From positions 35,898,001 through 35,962,000 of the forward strand of contig OX597819.1 of assembly GCA_951406725.2 (NCBI GenBank): a DNA stretch of 64,000 nt. The letters run 5' to 3'. Every line of letters starts with the position of its first letter. Within the stretch, counting starts at the first letter, position 1. Shown here piece by piece: positions 1-11,240 of the stretch. The translations under genes and the position numbers were made by a program. The notes below the pieces were generated by a model. It did not search any database, was not told the origin of the DNA, and saw only the letters and a list, made by a program, of their open reading frames with translations. This stretch comes from Octopus vulgaris. Lineage: Eukaryota.

Positions 1-81
1 CAACATGCACGAAATTTGTCATTTTTGCTTCTTGTATTAGATCGTGAGAACAACAACAACAAAATGGTATTTATCCCAACC

Positions 82-311
82 TAACCCTTTTGTTACCATA
101 CTTCTATTGCAATACACTATCTTTGTTTTAGTTGAATTTAGAAAACAATGAAAAATTTAGTAAAATAACTTTGTTGTTGTTAAACTGATGTTTGGAATAT
201 AAATTAGCATGAAATTTTGATGTGAGATTTCAATTTAGATCCTTTTAAACAGAAAGTTTTTAACATAGAACATAGGAGCGATGTCAGGCTGGTTGGTATT
301 AATAGGATTAA
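82..311. mobile_element. Decayed piggyBac-like MITE (family P1)
   Basis: Starts TAACCCTTTTGTTACCATA like the copy at 431; internal similarity to 1091-1279; right end degenerate. Confidence 0.5.
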
Positions 312-430
312 AAATGTTAGAAGACAATATTGTGATAGTTACCATGAGAAAATCTCTCATATGGGCTTTTGGTGCATATAAGCATTCTTTTTTACATCAC
401 CAGCATGAGATAAATCAAGCGCCATTGCCT

Positions 431-1279
431 TTAACCCTTTTGTTACCATATTTCTGTTGAGATGCTGCTAACAAAGCACGTGGAGTTCTGTTTTTGATTC
501 GATGGTCATTCGGAATGCTCACAGCATCCATATTCCTACCGCTCTATGTCACGCTGGTGAGATCCATATTGGAGTACGGGATTCAAGCCTCTTCTCCTTA
601 TCTCCTCAAAGACATACATCATCTCGAAAGAGTCCAGAAGCTGGCTACCTGCATAGTTCTTGGTCTCAAGCATTTGTCTTATGAAGAAAGGCTGAAGACG
701 CTCGACCTTTATTCTCTTGAAAAACGACGCCGCCATGGTGATCTCATTCTTGCTCACAACATCATAAGCGGAAAGTGTAATCTCTCGAAAGAGCTGTTCT
801 TCACTCCTGCTCCAGAGTGTGGGCTGTGGGGTCACTCCGAAAAGCTCTATCTACGACGATTTCATCTCAATCAAAGGAGAGGGGCTTTCTCTGTCCGGGT
901 TGCAGATCCGTGGAATAAGCTGCAGGACGAGATAGTGTAGATGCCGACGACCGCTTGGTTCAAAGTCTCTCTTGACCAGAAATGGCCTGAACTCTTTGTA
1001 TGACCACCCTCCCTGTACATAACTCCCTGTCCCCCTACATATCCTTGCTTTTGCTTTTTGAGCCAATAAAAATTGAATTGAATTGAATTGTTTCTTTTTA
1101 TTAATTTTAAATATAGCAAAGAATTTAGTAATATAACTTAGTTATCATTAAGCTAGTGTTAGGAACATAAATTATCACTAAGGTTTGGTGGAAGATTTTA
1201 ATTCATAACTTATGAAAACAAGATATTTGTGCTACAGAGCCAGAGCTGGTTTCAGCTGGGTTAGTAACAAAAGGGTTAA
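431..1279. mobile_element. piggyBac-like MITE (family P1) interrupted by a CR1 LINE fragment
   Basis: TTAA at 431-434 and 1276-1279 flanking perfect 12-bp TIRs CCCTTTTGTTAC / GTAACAAAAGGG. Confidence 0.75.
465..1090 (+). mobile_element. 5'-truncated CR1-clade LINE (ORF2 C-terminus, 3' UTR, (AATTG)n tail)
   Basis: ORF 494-940 LYVTLVRSILEY...LERVQKLAT...LSYEERLKTLDLYSLEKRRRHGDLI is the typical CR1 post-RT region; AATAAA followed by (AATTG)n tail. Confidence 0.9.
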
Positions 1280-1497
1280 AAAAAATTGGTGTTGTGTTTA
1301 CTTTCCTAGTGAGCACTATTACATCCCATGGCTCTACATTCTTGAAGAAGTGCAATAAAAGCTCTCTTAATTGTAGAATAGGAAAAAGTTGACAACCATT
1401 AAAATATGGCCTTCACCCTTTAAACATTCAGATTACTCTGTCAAGTGTAATGCTTATTTATTCACATTGGTTTGAATTAATCATGCACTATCTTATA

Positions 1498-3021
1498 GGT
1501 GCAAGTGTGACTGTGTGATAAGAAGTTTGCTTCCCAACCATGTGGTTATGTGTTCGGTCCCACTGCATGACACCTTGGGCAAGTATCATCTACTATAACC
1601 AACAGGCTGACCAAAGCCTTGTGAGTGGATTTGGTACATGGAAACTGAAAGAAGTCTGTCATATAAATATAAATATAAATAAATATATATATATACTAGC
1701 AGTATCACCCGGTGTTGCTTGGGTTTGTTTCGACCCTTTAGAATTGGAATTTTTGAAATGTAAAAATTTTGCCTTAAGCAACTTGTTATTCTCTTCAAGT
1801 GAACATTTTTCCAGTTGAAATACACCGAAAAATGGTGACACAGCAGTCAAAAATCGTAAAAAAATAGGGGCTTTCATAGAAAAAAAGCACCTTTTTGATG
1901 TAAATAATTTTTGGTGTTAACATGGTCCGATTTGAATTTTATCTTCTACAGAATGAAGAGCAAACCTTCTTCTATCATACTCGCAATTTTGTTCAACTTG
2001 CGCTGCAGGGTCTCGAAGGAGATAGTGTTAGTTGAAGGCTACCAAACTTGCCACACACAGACAACTTCAGCTTTATATATAGATTTGCTACACACTACTT
2101 TCCATCCTTAATAATGAAACTTGGTAGATCCAAAAGTTAAACACACAGACACACAAGTTGAGTTTTATATATATAGATTTCTCAACGGGGATTTCAGGGA
2201 AGAGTTTCAGGGAGTCGCTGGCGATGTATCGTGATGATCAAAAATCCGGCCTGCTAAAATTTGGTTAAAGTGATTCAAACTGCAGACTCAACACAAAATG
2301 GTCTCATTTAATTCAAAGCGTTAAAAATGTTATGAAAACAATTGGTATGTGTTCACAAAGTCCAAACGATTAATACGAAAAAACCCTCCAGGCTACATCC
2401 CAAAAATTCATTTCTTTGCCAAATTTCTACAATGTTTACGGCGATTCGTTTTTATATCTTGATTTTTTATTTTTCATGCAATTTACACATGCTTGCACGC
2501 GTGGTGAACACAGTTCACATCAAACAGCTGACTGAGTAAAGTTCACTATTCAATGCAAGGGATAAAGCCTAAACAAACACAATATCGATTTTTGCACTTT
2601 CGAGATGAATTTCGGAACAGAAACAGTGCAGTTCAATTTTCATTCGCCTAAACTTTAAGTGACCCATTTTTGGTGGTTCTACAATTTGTTGGCTAGGAGG
2701 AGATGTGCTGGGAAGTTAAACACACAGATACACACACAGATACACACACAGACATACAAGTTGAGTTTTATATATATAGCTATATATATATATGTATGTA
2801 TATATGTCTCTTTGTGTCTGTCCCCTCCACCATTGCTTGACAACCGATGTTGGTGTGTTCATGTCCTTGTAACTTAGCAGTTCGATAGAAGACTCCCAAT
2901 AGAATAAGTATCAGGCTTACAAAGAATAAGTTCAGGGGTCGATTTCTTCAACTAAAAAGTGGTGCTCCAGCATGGCTCCAATCAAATGACTGAAACGAGT
3001 AAAAGACTAAAAGAATAAAAG
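1498..3021 (+). mobile_element. tRNA-derived SINE family A, interrupted in its central microsatellite
   Basis: 5' half 1498-1665 and 3' half 2790-3021 match the intact copy at 3183-3620; near-duplicated TCTT(A/G)TAG on both sides. Confidence 0.8.
1696..2780 (-). mobile_element. Non-autonomous Helitron with stacked 5' termini
   Basis: Minus-strand 3' end is hairpin CCCAAGCAACACCGGG followed by CTAG|T; A|TC-type 5' ends at about 2083, 2177 and 2780; same terminal design as 7016-7398. Confidence 0.7.
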
Positions 3022-3182
3022 TATTTCTTGTAGTTTTGAGATTTCAAAGATGTAATTGCTTATTTTTACAATGACATTATAAGGTATGTTTGAAAGGCCA
3101 GATATGGCCAGTTTAAATGCTAAAGGGTTAAATGAGTAAGCATCCAACCTTTATCAGCATTAAAAAAAATGACTCAGCAAAG

Positions 3183-3354
3183 GGCGTAGGAGTGGCTGTG
3201 TGGTAAGTAGCTTGCTTACCAACCACATGGTTCCGGGTTCAGTCCCACTGTGTGGCACCTTGGGCAAGTGTCTTCTACTATAGCCTCAGGCCGACCAAAG
3301 CCTTGTGAGTGGATTTGGTAGACGGAAACTGAAAGAAGCCCGTCGTATATATGT

Positions 3355-3407
<53 letters not shown>

Positions 3408-3620
3408 TGTGTCTGTGTTTGTCCCCCCAACATCGCTTGACAACTGATGCTGGTGTGTTTACATCCCCGTAACTTAGCGGTTCGGCAAAAGAGAGACCGA
3501 TAGAATAAGTACTAGGCTTACAAAGAATAAGTCCTGGGGTCGATTTGCTCGACTAAAGGCGGTGCTCCAGCATGGCCACAGTAAAATGACTGAAACAAGT
3601 AAAAAGAGTAAAAGAGTAAA
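3183..3620 (+). mobile_element. SINE family A, full length
   Basis: tRNA-like head with A/B boxes (TGGCTGTGTGG...GGTTCAGTCCC), CORE-like CCTTGGGCAAGT, internal (TG)n, (GTAAAAGA)n tail; more than 10 copies in window. Confidence 0.9.
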
Positions 3621-4495
3621 GGAAGAAATAAAACAAATTGCAGTTTTTAAGCTGTGGAATAAGTACATGCTTATAGAAGCCTGTTTAACCAAAGGATTTG
3701 TTTTCTCAAAGCTGTTTACCAAACACAAATATAGAAACACTATAATGGCATTATTACTGATGTGGTCAAAGATTATTTACAGGAAGTCATTAATCAGTTA
3801 TTATTTTCCCCACTTCTGGTAAGCACTCTTTATTAACTTCTTTGTTGCATACGATTAAACAAGTATGATAGAAAACCTGAAGCTGCTTAATGGAATTATG
3901 AGAGAACATACAGTTCAACTTCCAACAAGTAATTTAATCAAACACCCAAAACAATTTTACCTGTATTTAATTGCTGCCAATAGAGATTGGATATTCACAT
4001 TGAGACAACTGACTTTATAGCAACTATGAAGAACATTGGAGACGTCTAGCTATTGACCCAAATTTTTGCTGTCAAGGAAATCTTGTAGTAATCATTGTGT
4101 GGATTAATAAGAAAAGAAAAGAATAAAAAAGAAGAAAAGGAATACAGTTTATAAAGGAATATATGCCAGAACTATAGTTTGTTGTCCTCAGAGCATAATA
4201 ACATTAAACATACATTAAACACAATAGACAAATATAATAATGATTGAGGAAAGTAAACAGACTGAGAAACATTGTTTGAAAACGGGCAAAAGGAAATGAA
4301 GAATATCAACGAATAAAAAAGAACAACAAAAAATAACAAACATTGTTCCAAAAAAAAAAATACCAGTAGTCTCTTATTAGAATCATCTTCTACTATATTT
4401 AAACTAAACACAGAATCACCTGAAATAGTTTTAGAAAGAATTCTTATAATTTTTTTCAAATGTAGGTTGACAGATTTTTTTTTAATTTTTACAAA

Positions 4496-4531
<36 letters not shown>

Positions 4532-5020
4532 TTAATGTCTGATTTCCATGCTGGCATGGGATGGACAGTTTAACAGGAGCTGGTCAGCCAGAAGACTGCA
4601 CCAGGCTCCAGTTGTCTGTTTTGGTATGATTTCTATAGCTGGATGTCCTTCCTAACAGAAACCACTTGACAGAATGTACTGAGTGCTTTTTATATGGCAC
4701 CAGCACCAGCACCAGTGCATTTTTATGTGGCACTGGCACAGGGGCCTCATATGTGGGGCACTAGCATGGGTGCTTTTTATGTGGCACTGGCACAGTTGCT
4801 CTTTTGTACAGAACTGACATAGGGGCTTTCTATGTGGCACCAGGGGATTTTTATGTGGAATTTTTTTATGTGACACCAGCATGGTTCATCTGTATATAGA
4901 GGTGGCACAGGTACTTTTTATGTGACACCAGCACAGGTGCTTTTTACATGGAACCAGCACAGGTGGTTTTTACATGGCACCAGTATGGATGCTTTTTATG
5001 TGACCCCAGTATGGGTCTTC
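4496..5020 (-). mobile_element. RTE LINE 3' end (family C) with degenerate GTGCTTTTTATGTGGCAC minisatellite
   Basis: (CAT)n tail followed by reverse complement of the 3' UTR end seen at 9290-9472. Confidence 0.75.
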
Positions 5021-5032
5021 TAAATAAACCCT

Positions 5033-5454
5033 TCTTTTGTTACTCTTTTACTTGTTTCAGTCATTTGACTGCGGCCATGCTGGAGCACCGCCTTTTTTTT
5101 TTAGTCAAGCAAATCGACCCCGAGACTTATTCTTTGTAAGCCCAGTACTTATTCTATCAGTCTCTTTTGCCGAACCGCTAAGTGACGGGGACGTAAACAC
5201 ACCAGCATCTGTTGTCAAGCAATGCTAGGGGGACAAACACAGACACACAAACACACACACACATACATATATACATATACATACATATATACGACAGGCT
5301 TCTTTCAGTTTCCGTCTACCAAATCCACTCACAAGGCATTGGTTGGCCCGGGCCTATAGCAGAAGACACTTGCCCAAGATGCCATGCAGTGGGACTGAAC
5401 CCGGAACCATGTGGTTGGTTAGCAAGCTACTTACCACACAGCCACTCCTGCGCC
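5033..5454 (-). mobile_element. SINE family A, full length
   Basis: Reverse complement of 3183-3620. Confidence 0.9.
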
Positions 5455-5980
5455 TATGTTATAATTCACTTCACATCTAGGATGCTTTACACTCTAAAAT
5501 TTATAGGAATTTTAAAGCAATCCCAGTATTCGATTGCTATTTTGTTTACTGGATCCCATAAAAGGCAGAGGCAAACTTGATGGGATTTGAACTCAGAATG
5601 TAAACGATTGCAAAATAAGTACCAAAAAGTTATTTTGTCCCATGTGCTAATGATTCTGCTGTATGTGCTTCAAAAAACAAATATTAGCGTCACCATAATT
5701 ATTTCAATGTGCAGTTTCCAATGCATGCATGAATTAGACAGAGTTTCTTGTGACAGATTGTCTGTGGCTGGATGCCCTCCCTGATGCCAACCCTCACTTG
5801 TTTCCAATGGAATAACATCAGTGATACTGCTCCATTGCTCGTGGTGAAGCTGAATTCCACTTGTCAGTTTTTATAGAATTTACCACAGGAATCAATGGCT
5901 GATTCGATAAAATGGTAATGTGAAAATTATAAAATGATTATGGTGGCTAGACACAATATATATATATATATATAGATATA

Positions 5981-6207
5981 AGGCGGCGAGCTGGCAGAAT
6001 CGTTAGCATGCCGGGCGAAATGCTTAGCAGTATTTTGTCTGCTGCTACGTTCAGAGTTCAAATTCCGCCGAGGTCGACTTTGCCTTTCATCCTTTCGGGG
6101 TCGATTAAATAAGTACCAGTTACACACTGGGGTCGATGTAATCGACTTAATCTCTTTGTTTGTCTTTGTTTGTCCCCTCTATGTTTAGCCCCTTGTGGGC
6201 AATAAAG

Positions 6208-6211
<4 letters not shown>
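5981..6211 (+). mobile_element. tRNA-derived SINE family B (Tx1-like tail)
   Basis: AGGCGGCGAGCTGGCAGAA head, GAGTTCAAATTCC B-box, tail ...GCCCCTTGTGGGCAATAAAGAAATA; about 14 copies in window. Confidence 0.9.
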
Positions 6212-6246
<35 letters not shown>

Positions 6247-6249
6247 TAT

Positions 6250-6610
6250 ATATTGTTATTCTTGGTAATGGTCATATTTTGCCAATTGAACACACTCACT
6301 ATATATTTGGTCTTCACTCAAGCTTTATTATTATTGTTCTAGTTTCTTTGTCAAAGCTGTTTTGAGTTACACATCCTGTGACCTCTTCAGAGACTCTCCA
6401 TCCTATGCATCTCCTCTTGTTCTGCTTATCCCAGAAAATGTAATAAGCAGAACAAGAGGAGATATATGGGAAAGAGCGTCACTGATGGGGTCACAGGATG
6501 TATGATGAAATAACTTTGACAAAGAAACTGAAATAATGATAATAAAGCTGAAATGAATACCAAATATATATAGTGCATATGCTGAATTGGCAAAATATGA
6601 CCATCCCCAA
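6250..6610. repeat. Degenerate fold-back element with hammerhead-like remnant
   Basis: Arms about 6265-6429 and 6444-6604 are inverted (e.g. ATCTCCTCTTGTTCTGCTTAT / ATAAGCAGAACAAGAGGAGAT). Confidence 0.7.
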
Positions 6611-6719
6611 TTATGACAATATCTATTTCAATGCATGATTTCTCATCAGGAATCTTGCAAAACAAATACATGAACGTATTTACAAAATTCTTTATGTGAA
6701 TTTGTGCATTGAAACAAGT

Positions 6720-6981
6720 TTTGTTGTGTCTAAGGAGAGTCATTATGCCAATATAATTAACACACACACACACACTGGTTCAATTCATTGAAAGGGCTGC
6801 AAGTAACAATGTAATACCTTTGACAAAAACAAAAGAAACGACCAACTGTTTAATCAAATTAAAGAAACAATCGATTAATTAGTTGGATATTAAACTAATT
6901 GACTAATAAAAGAGGAGTGGAATTAAACTAGTGTGTGTGTTAATAATATTGGAATAATGACTCTCTCTAGACAATACAAAA
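6720..6981. repeat. Inverted-repeat element related to the 46881 fold-back
   Basis: Arms about 6720-6786 and 6920-6981; terminal TGTCTnnGGAGAGTCATT shared with 46882. Confidence 0.55.
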
Positions 6982-7015
6982 TATATAAACATATATATAT
7001 ATATATATATATATA

Positions 7016-7398
7016 TCTTTATACATAAAACTGTAGTTGTGTGAGTGTCTGTCCCCTTCGATTTAGATTCGTAACTACTCCCACATTTTGCGGTGCAGTT
7101 TAACCAAACTTATAGTCGTGATTCATATCGAGCCCTTCTGGGTATTAGCGCACTTCTACGATGAGTCTACGATTTTAAAAATAATTTACCATCATTTTTT
7201 TCCATTTGCATGCATATTTTTTTAAAGGGAAGTAACTCTCTAAAAATATCTACGATGAGTCAACGATTTAAAAAAATTTACCATCATATTTTTTCCATTT
7301 TTAATGCATTTTTTTGCTATTTTTTGGCTATAACTCTCTAAAAATGCTGTATAGTTATTTCCCTTACAAACCCGAGCAACGCCGGGCGAAACTGCTAG
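7016..7398 (+). mobile_element. Non-autonomous Helitron
   Basis: A|TC 5' end, 3' hairpin CCCGAGCAACGCCGGG then CTAG|T, no TSD, inserted in (TA)n; internal 50-bp direct duplication. Confidence 0.8.
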
Positions 7399-7407
7399 TA
7401 TATATAT

Positions 7408-7618
7408 AAAGGGAAAGTTTATGAAAATAAACAAAAGACGAAGGCAGGTGGAGTACAAACAAACAAATGTATTAGTATAGCGCTCAGGAATAGAAAAAGT
7501 CTTTTACGTTTCGAGCCTACACTCTTCAACAGAAAGATACACAGAAAAAAACAAGGAGAGAAAAAGACAAGGAGAAAAACAAGGAGAGAAAAAATGCTTG
7601 TAAGAGCTAACGATCTAT
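7408..7618 (-). mobile_element. Putative Penelope-like pLTR fragment (family H2) with minimal hammerhead-like motif at 7501-7536
   Basis: Repeats at 53440-53605, 63475-63650 and partly 11055-11102; minus strand reads CTTT CTGTTGA A GAG tgtagg CTC GAAA CG TA AAAG. Confidence 0.6.
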
Positions 7619-8251
7619 ACACACACACACACACTCATATATACATACATAATACACACAAACTCACATACACACATACACACAGAGATTAAGTTACTGT
7701 GTAATATTTAAAATAGTAAGTAACTGGCAAACTCCAGCCAGAGACCCTTAAAGCCAGATCCAAGAACTATAAATGGTCTATTATTTCTTTACTCAGCTTT
7801 TTTTCAATTTAAGATACTGCAAACAATTATGGTTTCTGATCACTGTGAGACTAAAAGCTTTAGCACCCTCTGACTGACAAACCAGACATGTTTTATCCTC
7901 TTGTCAAAGAATCTATTACTTGATTGGGATACATTCATGTAAACTAATTTTTATCTTCTTGTCATTATAAAAAAAATTTATTACCTCATCTGAATGTCTT
8001 TATGAAAACTATTTTTTGATTCATCACAGAGGATGCACAAAGCCTCAAACCCTTTTTTATCATTGTCAAAGACTCTATCACTTGATTTGAATACATTTAT
8101 ATAAACTAATTTTAGACACCACAGAGGAAACACAAAGCCTCACACTTTACTTTTGAAAATCTTTTTAAATAAGTGAAACCGGTTAAGTTAATAAATACTT
8201 TTAAAAGACTCCTGCATTTTCAGATTCTTTTCCTTATATATATATATATAT

Positions 8252-8594
8252 CATCATCATCATCATCATCATCATTTAACATCCGTTTTCCGCGCTAGCA
8301 CTGGTTGGACGGTTTGGCCGGGGTCTGGGAAGCCAGGGGCTGCACCAGGCTCCAGTTTGATCTGGCAGTGTTTCTACAGCTGGATGCCCTTCCTAACGCC
8401 AACCACTCCGCGAGTGTAGTGGGTGCTTTTTACGTGCCACTGGCACAGGTGCCAGGGGAGTCTGGCATCGGCCACGATTGGTTGGTGCTTTTAATGTGCC
8501 ACCGGCACGGAAGCCAGCCAAGGCGGCGCTGGCATCGGCCACATTCGGATGGTGCTTTTTATGTGCCACCGGCACAGAAGCCAGTCGAGGCGGC
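8252..8594 (-). mobile_element. RTE LINE 3' end (family C)
   Basis: (CAT)n tail, GTTTCTACAGCTGGATGCCCTTCCTAACGCCAACCAC motif, TTACGTGCCAC repeats. Confidence 0.85.
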
Positions 8595-8600
8595 ATATAT

Positions 8601-9472
8601 ATATATGCCAGTGAAACATGGGCCGTGACTGCTGAGGACATGCGCGAGCTTGCTTGCTAGAAATGAAGCCAGTATGCTCTGCTGGATGTGTAATGTCAGT
8701 GTGCATACTCGACAGAGTGTAAGTGCCTTGAGAGAGGAGTTGGCCCTAAGAAGCATCAGATGTGTTGTGCAAGAGAGACGACTGTGCTGGTATGGTCATG
8801 TGGTGAGAATGGATGAGGATAGCTGTGTGAAAAAGGGTCACACCCTAGCGGTTAAGGGAACCTGTGGAAAAAGTAGACCCGAGAAGACCTAGGATGAGGT
8901 GGTGAAGCACAACCTTCAAACATTAGACCTTACCGAGGCAATAACTAGTGATTGAGACCTTTAGAAATATGATGTGCTTGAGAAGACCCGGCAAGCCAAG
9001 TGAGACCATAATCCGTGGCCTATGCCAGTGGTGTAACCAGCCTACTTATGCGTACCTTTCCTTCATTGGACACTAAACTCTGATTGCGAAGACCATGCTA
9101 GTGGAGTGCTAAGAGCACCATCTGAGCTTGATCGTTGCCAGGGCCACTGCCAGTGGCACATTAAAAGTACCATTCGTGCGTGATTGTTACCAGTGTCACC
9201 TTACTGGCACTTGTGCTGGTGACACGTGAAAAGCAACATTTTGAGTAAGGTCGTCGCCAGTGCCACTGGACTGGCTCCTGTGCAGGTGGCACATATAAGC
9301 ACCAACTACACTCTCGAAGTTGTTGGCGTTAGGAAGAGCATCCAACTGTAGAAACTCAGCTAGATCAGATTGGAGCCTGGTGCTGCCATCTAGCTTGCCA
9401 GTCCTCAGTCAAACCGTCCAACCCATGCCAGCATGAAAAGTGGATGATAAACGATAATGATGATGATAATGA
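8601..9472 (+). mobile_element. 5'-truncated RTE-clade LINE (source of family C 3' ends)
   Basis: YASETWAV...RNEASMLCWMC...RRLCWYGHVVRM...SRPEKT, disrupted by frameshift and stops; 3' UTR and (GAT)n tail. Confidence 0.88.
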
Positions 9473-9484
9473 TATATATATATA

Positions 9485-9768
9485 TACTGCATTAATATTC
9501 CTTGCACTTTCTCTTGTGTTGTTGCCTTTATTGAACTCATAAAGCAAAATATGCCAAATATGCTCCTTTGTCACTTCCATTACAACTTTGAAAAAATAAC
9601 TATTAAAATTGAATTGCACTCTTCAAAACTTGCACTAAGAATAAGCACAAAGTAAAATTACTACCTACTTTTATAGCAAGTTGATGCAGGTAGTTTATCC
9701 CACTCCCCTCCGACTTTTAGTTCATGCAATTGAAAAAAAAACCACATTATTTATGGGATGACCTAATA
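9485..9768 (-). mobile_element. Mariner transposon 5' remnant
   Basis: TA + TIR TTAGGTCATCCCATAAATAAT; ATG at 9580 gives MEVTKEHIWHILLYEFNKGNNTRESARNINAVY (mariner HTH N-terminus). Confidence 0.8.
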
Positions 9769-10098
9769 TATTTGACAAGGAAGTAAACACAAGGAAACTA
9801 TGGAAAAAATTATTGCTCTCTAAACAAGGACCTTTGCAATATTTGTTTTCAGCTGAGTTACATCCACTTCCTTATTATACTCTCATCACAAATACAGTGA
9901 ATCCCAGTGACTGGGCCACTGAAAACCTGTAAGAAATTACTCTGTTATTCAGTAATATAAATATAAAATAAAACTAAATAAATAATTAGTTCTACAATTT
10001 CTAAGAAATAACAATAATGATAATTCTAATTTGTTTTAAGCTTAATAATTAATTATATACAAAACTCATTAGCTACTAAATTCCAGCTTTCTCCCTGA

Positions 10099-10136
<38 letters not shown>

Positions 10137-10883
10137 ACTCACACGCTTGTCTCTGAAGAAACTTTTTGTTTATCATTTATTTATATATTATTTAATATTG
10201 TGAAATTGCCTTATGAAATAATATAAACTTAATCTACCTCATAGATAAAAATAAGATAAACGTTACATTCAGGATGTTTTTTGTTGTTGTTATTGTTAGA
10301 TTGACATAGCTTTCTTTGAGTAAATGAGCAAAGTGAATGTTCAGCTGCTTACTAGCACTAAATTTGTTCTCTCCTTCTCTTTGTCTTTCATACTCTCTCT
10401 CTCTCTCTCTCTTCTCTCTCTGCTGAAGTCTAAAAACTTATGCCATGATAACATCTTTTCATTGAATGCCAAACTTTGCTCCCTCTTCTCTGCCCCACCT
10501 CACTACACACAAACACACTGCTTCTGCTCAAGATGTTTCTCTTGCAGCACTCTAAGCTGGAATAGCTATAACAGAAGCATTTTTCTACATTATAAATAAT
10601 GGCAAGGAAAGAATATAGACATTACTATTATTACAGTTATGTTCTCCAATTGTTCCACTTAAAACAAATGAGTGCAAACTATGTCATCTTAGGTTCTTCA
10701 TATAGCATTATCTCACATTAATGTTGACAGTTACGACATCGACAAAAGCACAGCGATAAGACTAGCATTAGATTCTCAACAGAGTAAATAGACTTGGGTG
10801 CATTGTTTAACAATACACAAAAGGATAAAAAGTTTTGGCTCATAAAAGGTAATTTTCTCACTCATTGTCATTTGGTTCTTACC

Positions 10884-11010
10884 CATGTGGTTAAGAAATT
10901 TGTTTCATAACTGCATGGTTTTAGGTTCAGGCACACAGCATGGCACCTTGGGAAAGTGTCAGCTACTATAGTCCTGGCCCAACCAATGTCTTGTACTTGA
11001 ATTTCCACAC
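10884..11010 (+). mobile_element. Degenerate SINE family A 5' half
   Basis: Similarity to head and CCTTGGG(C/A)AAGTGTC block. Confidence 0.55.
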
Positions 11011-11104
11011 AGAAAGGGTGAGGAAACCTATTGTACACACACACACATAAGAAATTTATAGAAAAATAAAAGACGAAGACAGGTGTAGGAACAACAAGCA
11101 AGAG

Positions 11105-11167
<63 letters not shown>

Positions 11168-11240
11168 ATATATATATATATACTCACATACATAATTACT
11201 CCCCCCTACCACACATCCACACACATGTTCCAGAAATTCT

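Larger units (their letters stand above)
1412..3131. mobile_element. piggyBac-like MITE (family P2) split by a nested SINE and Helitron
   Basis: Segments 1412-1497 and 3022-3131 join into a copy of the intact element at 13183-13411; ends AAAGGG-TTAA. Confidence 0.7.

Noticed and set aside
4680-5020. CRISPR-like array of GTGCTTTTTATGTGGCAC units
   Set aside because: Eukaryotic context, degenerate units, no unique spacers, no cas genes; it is the RTE 3' UTR minisatellite
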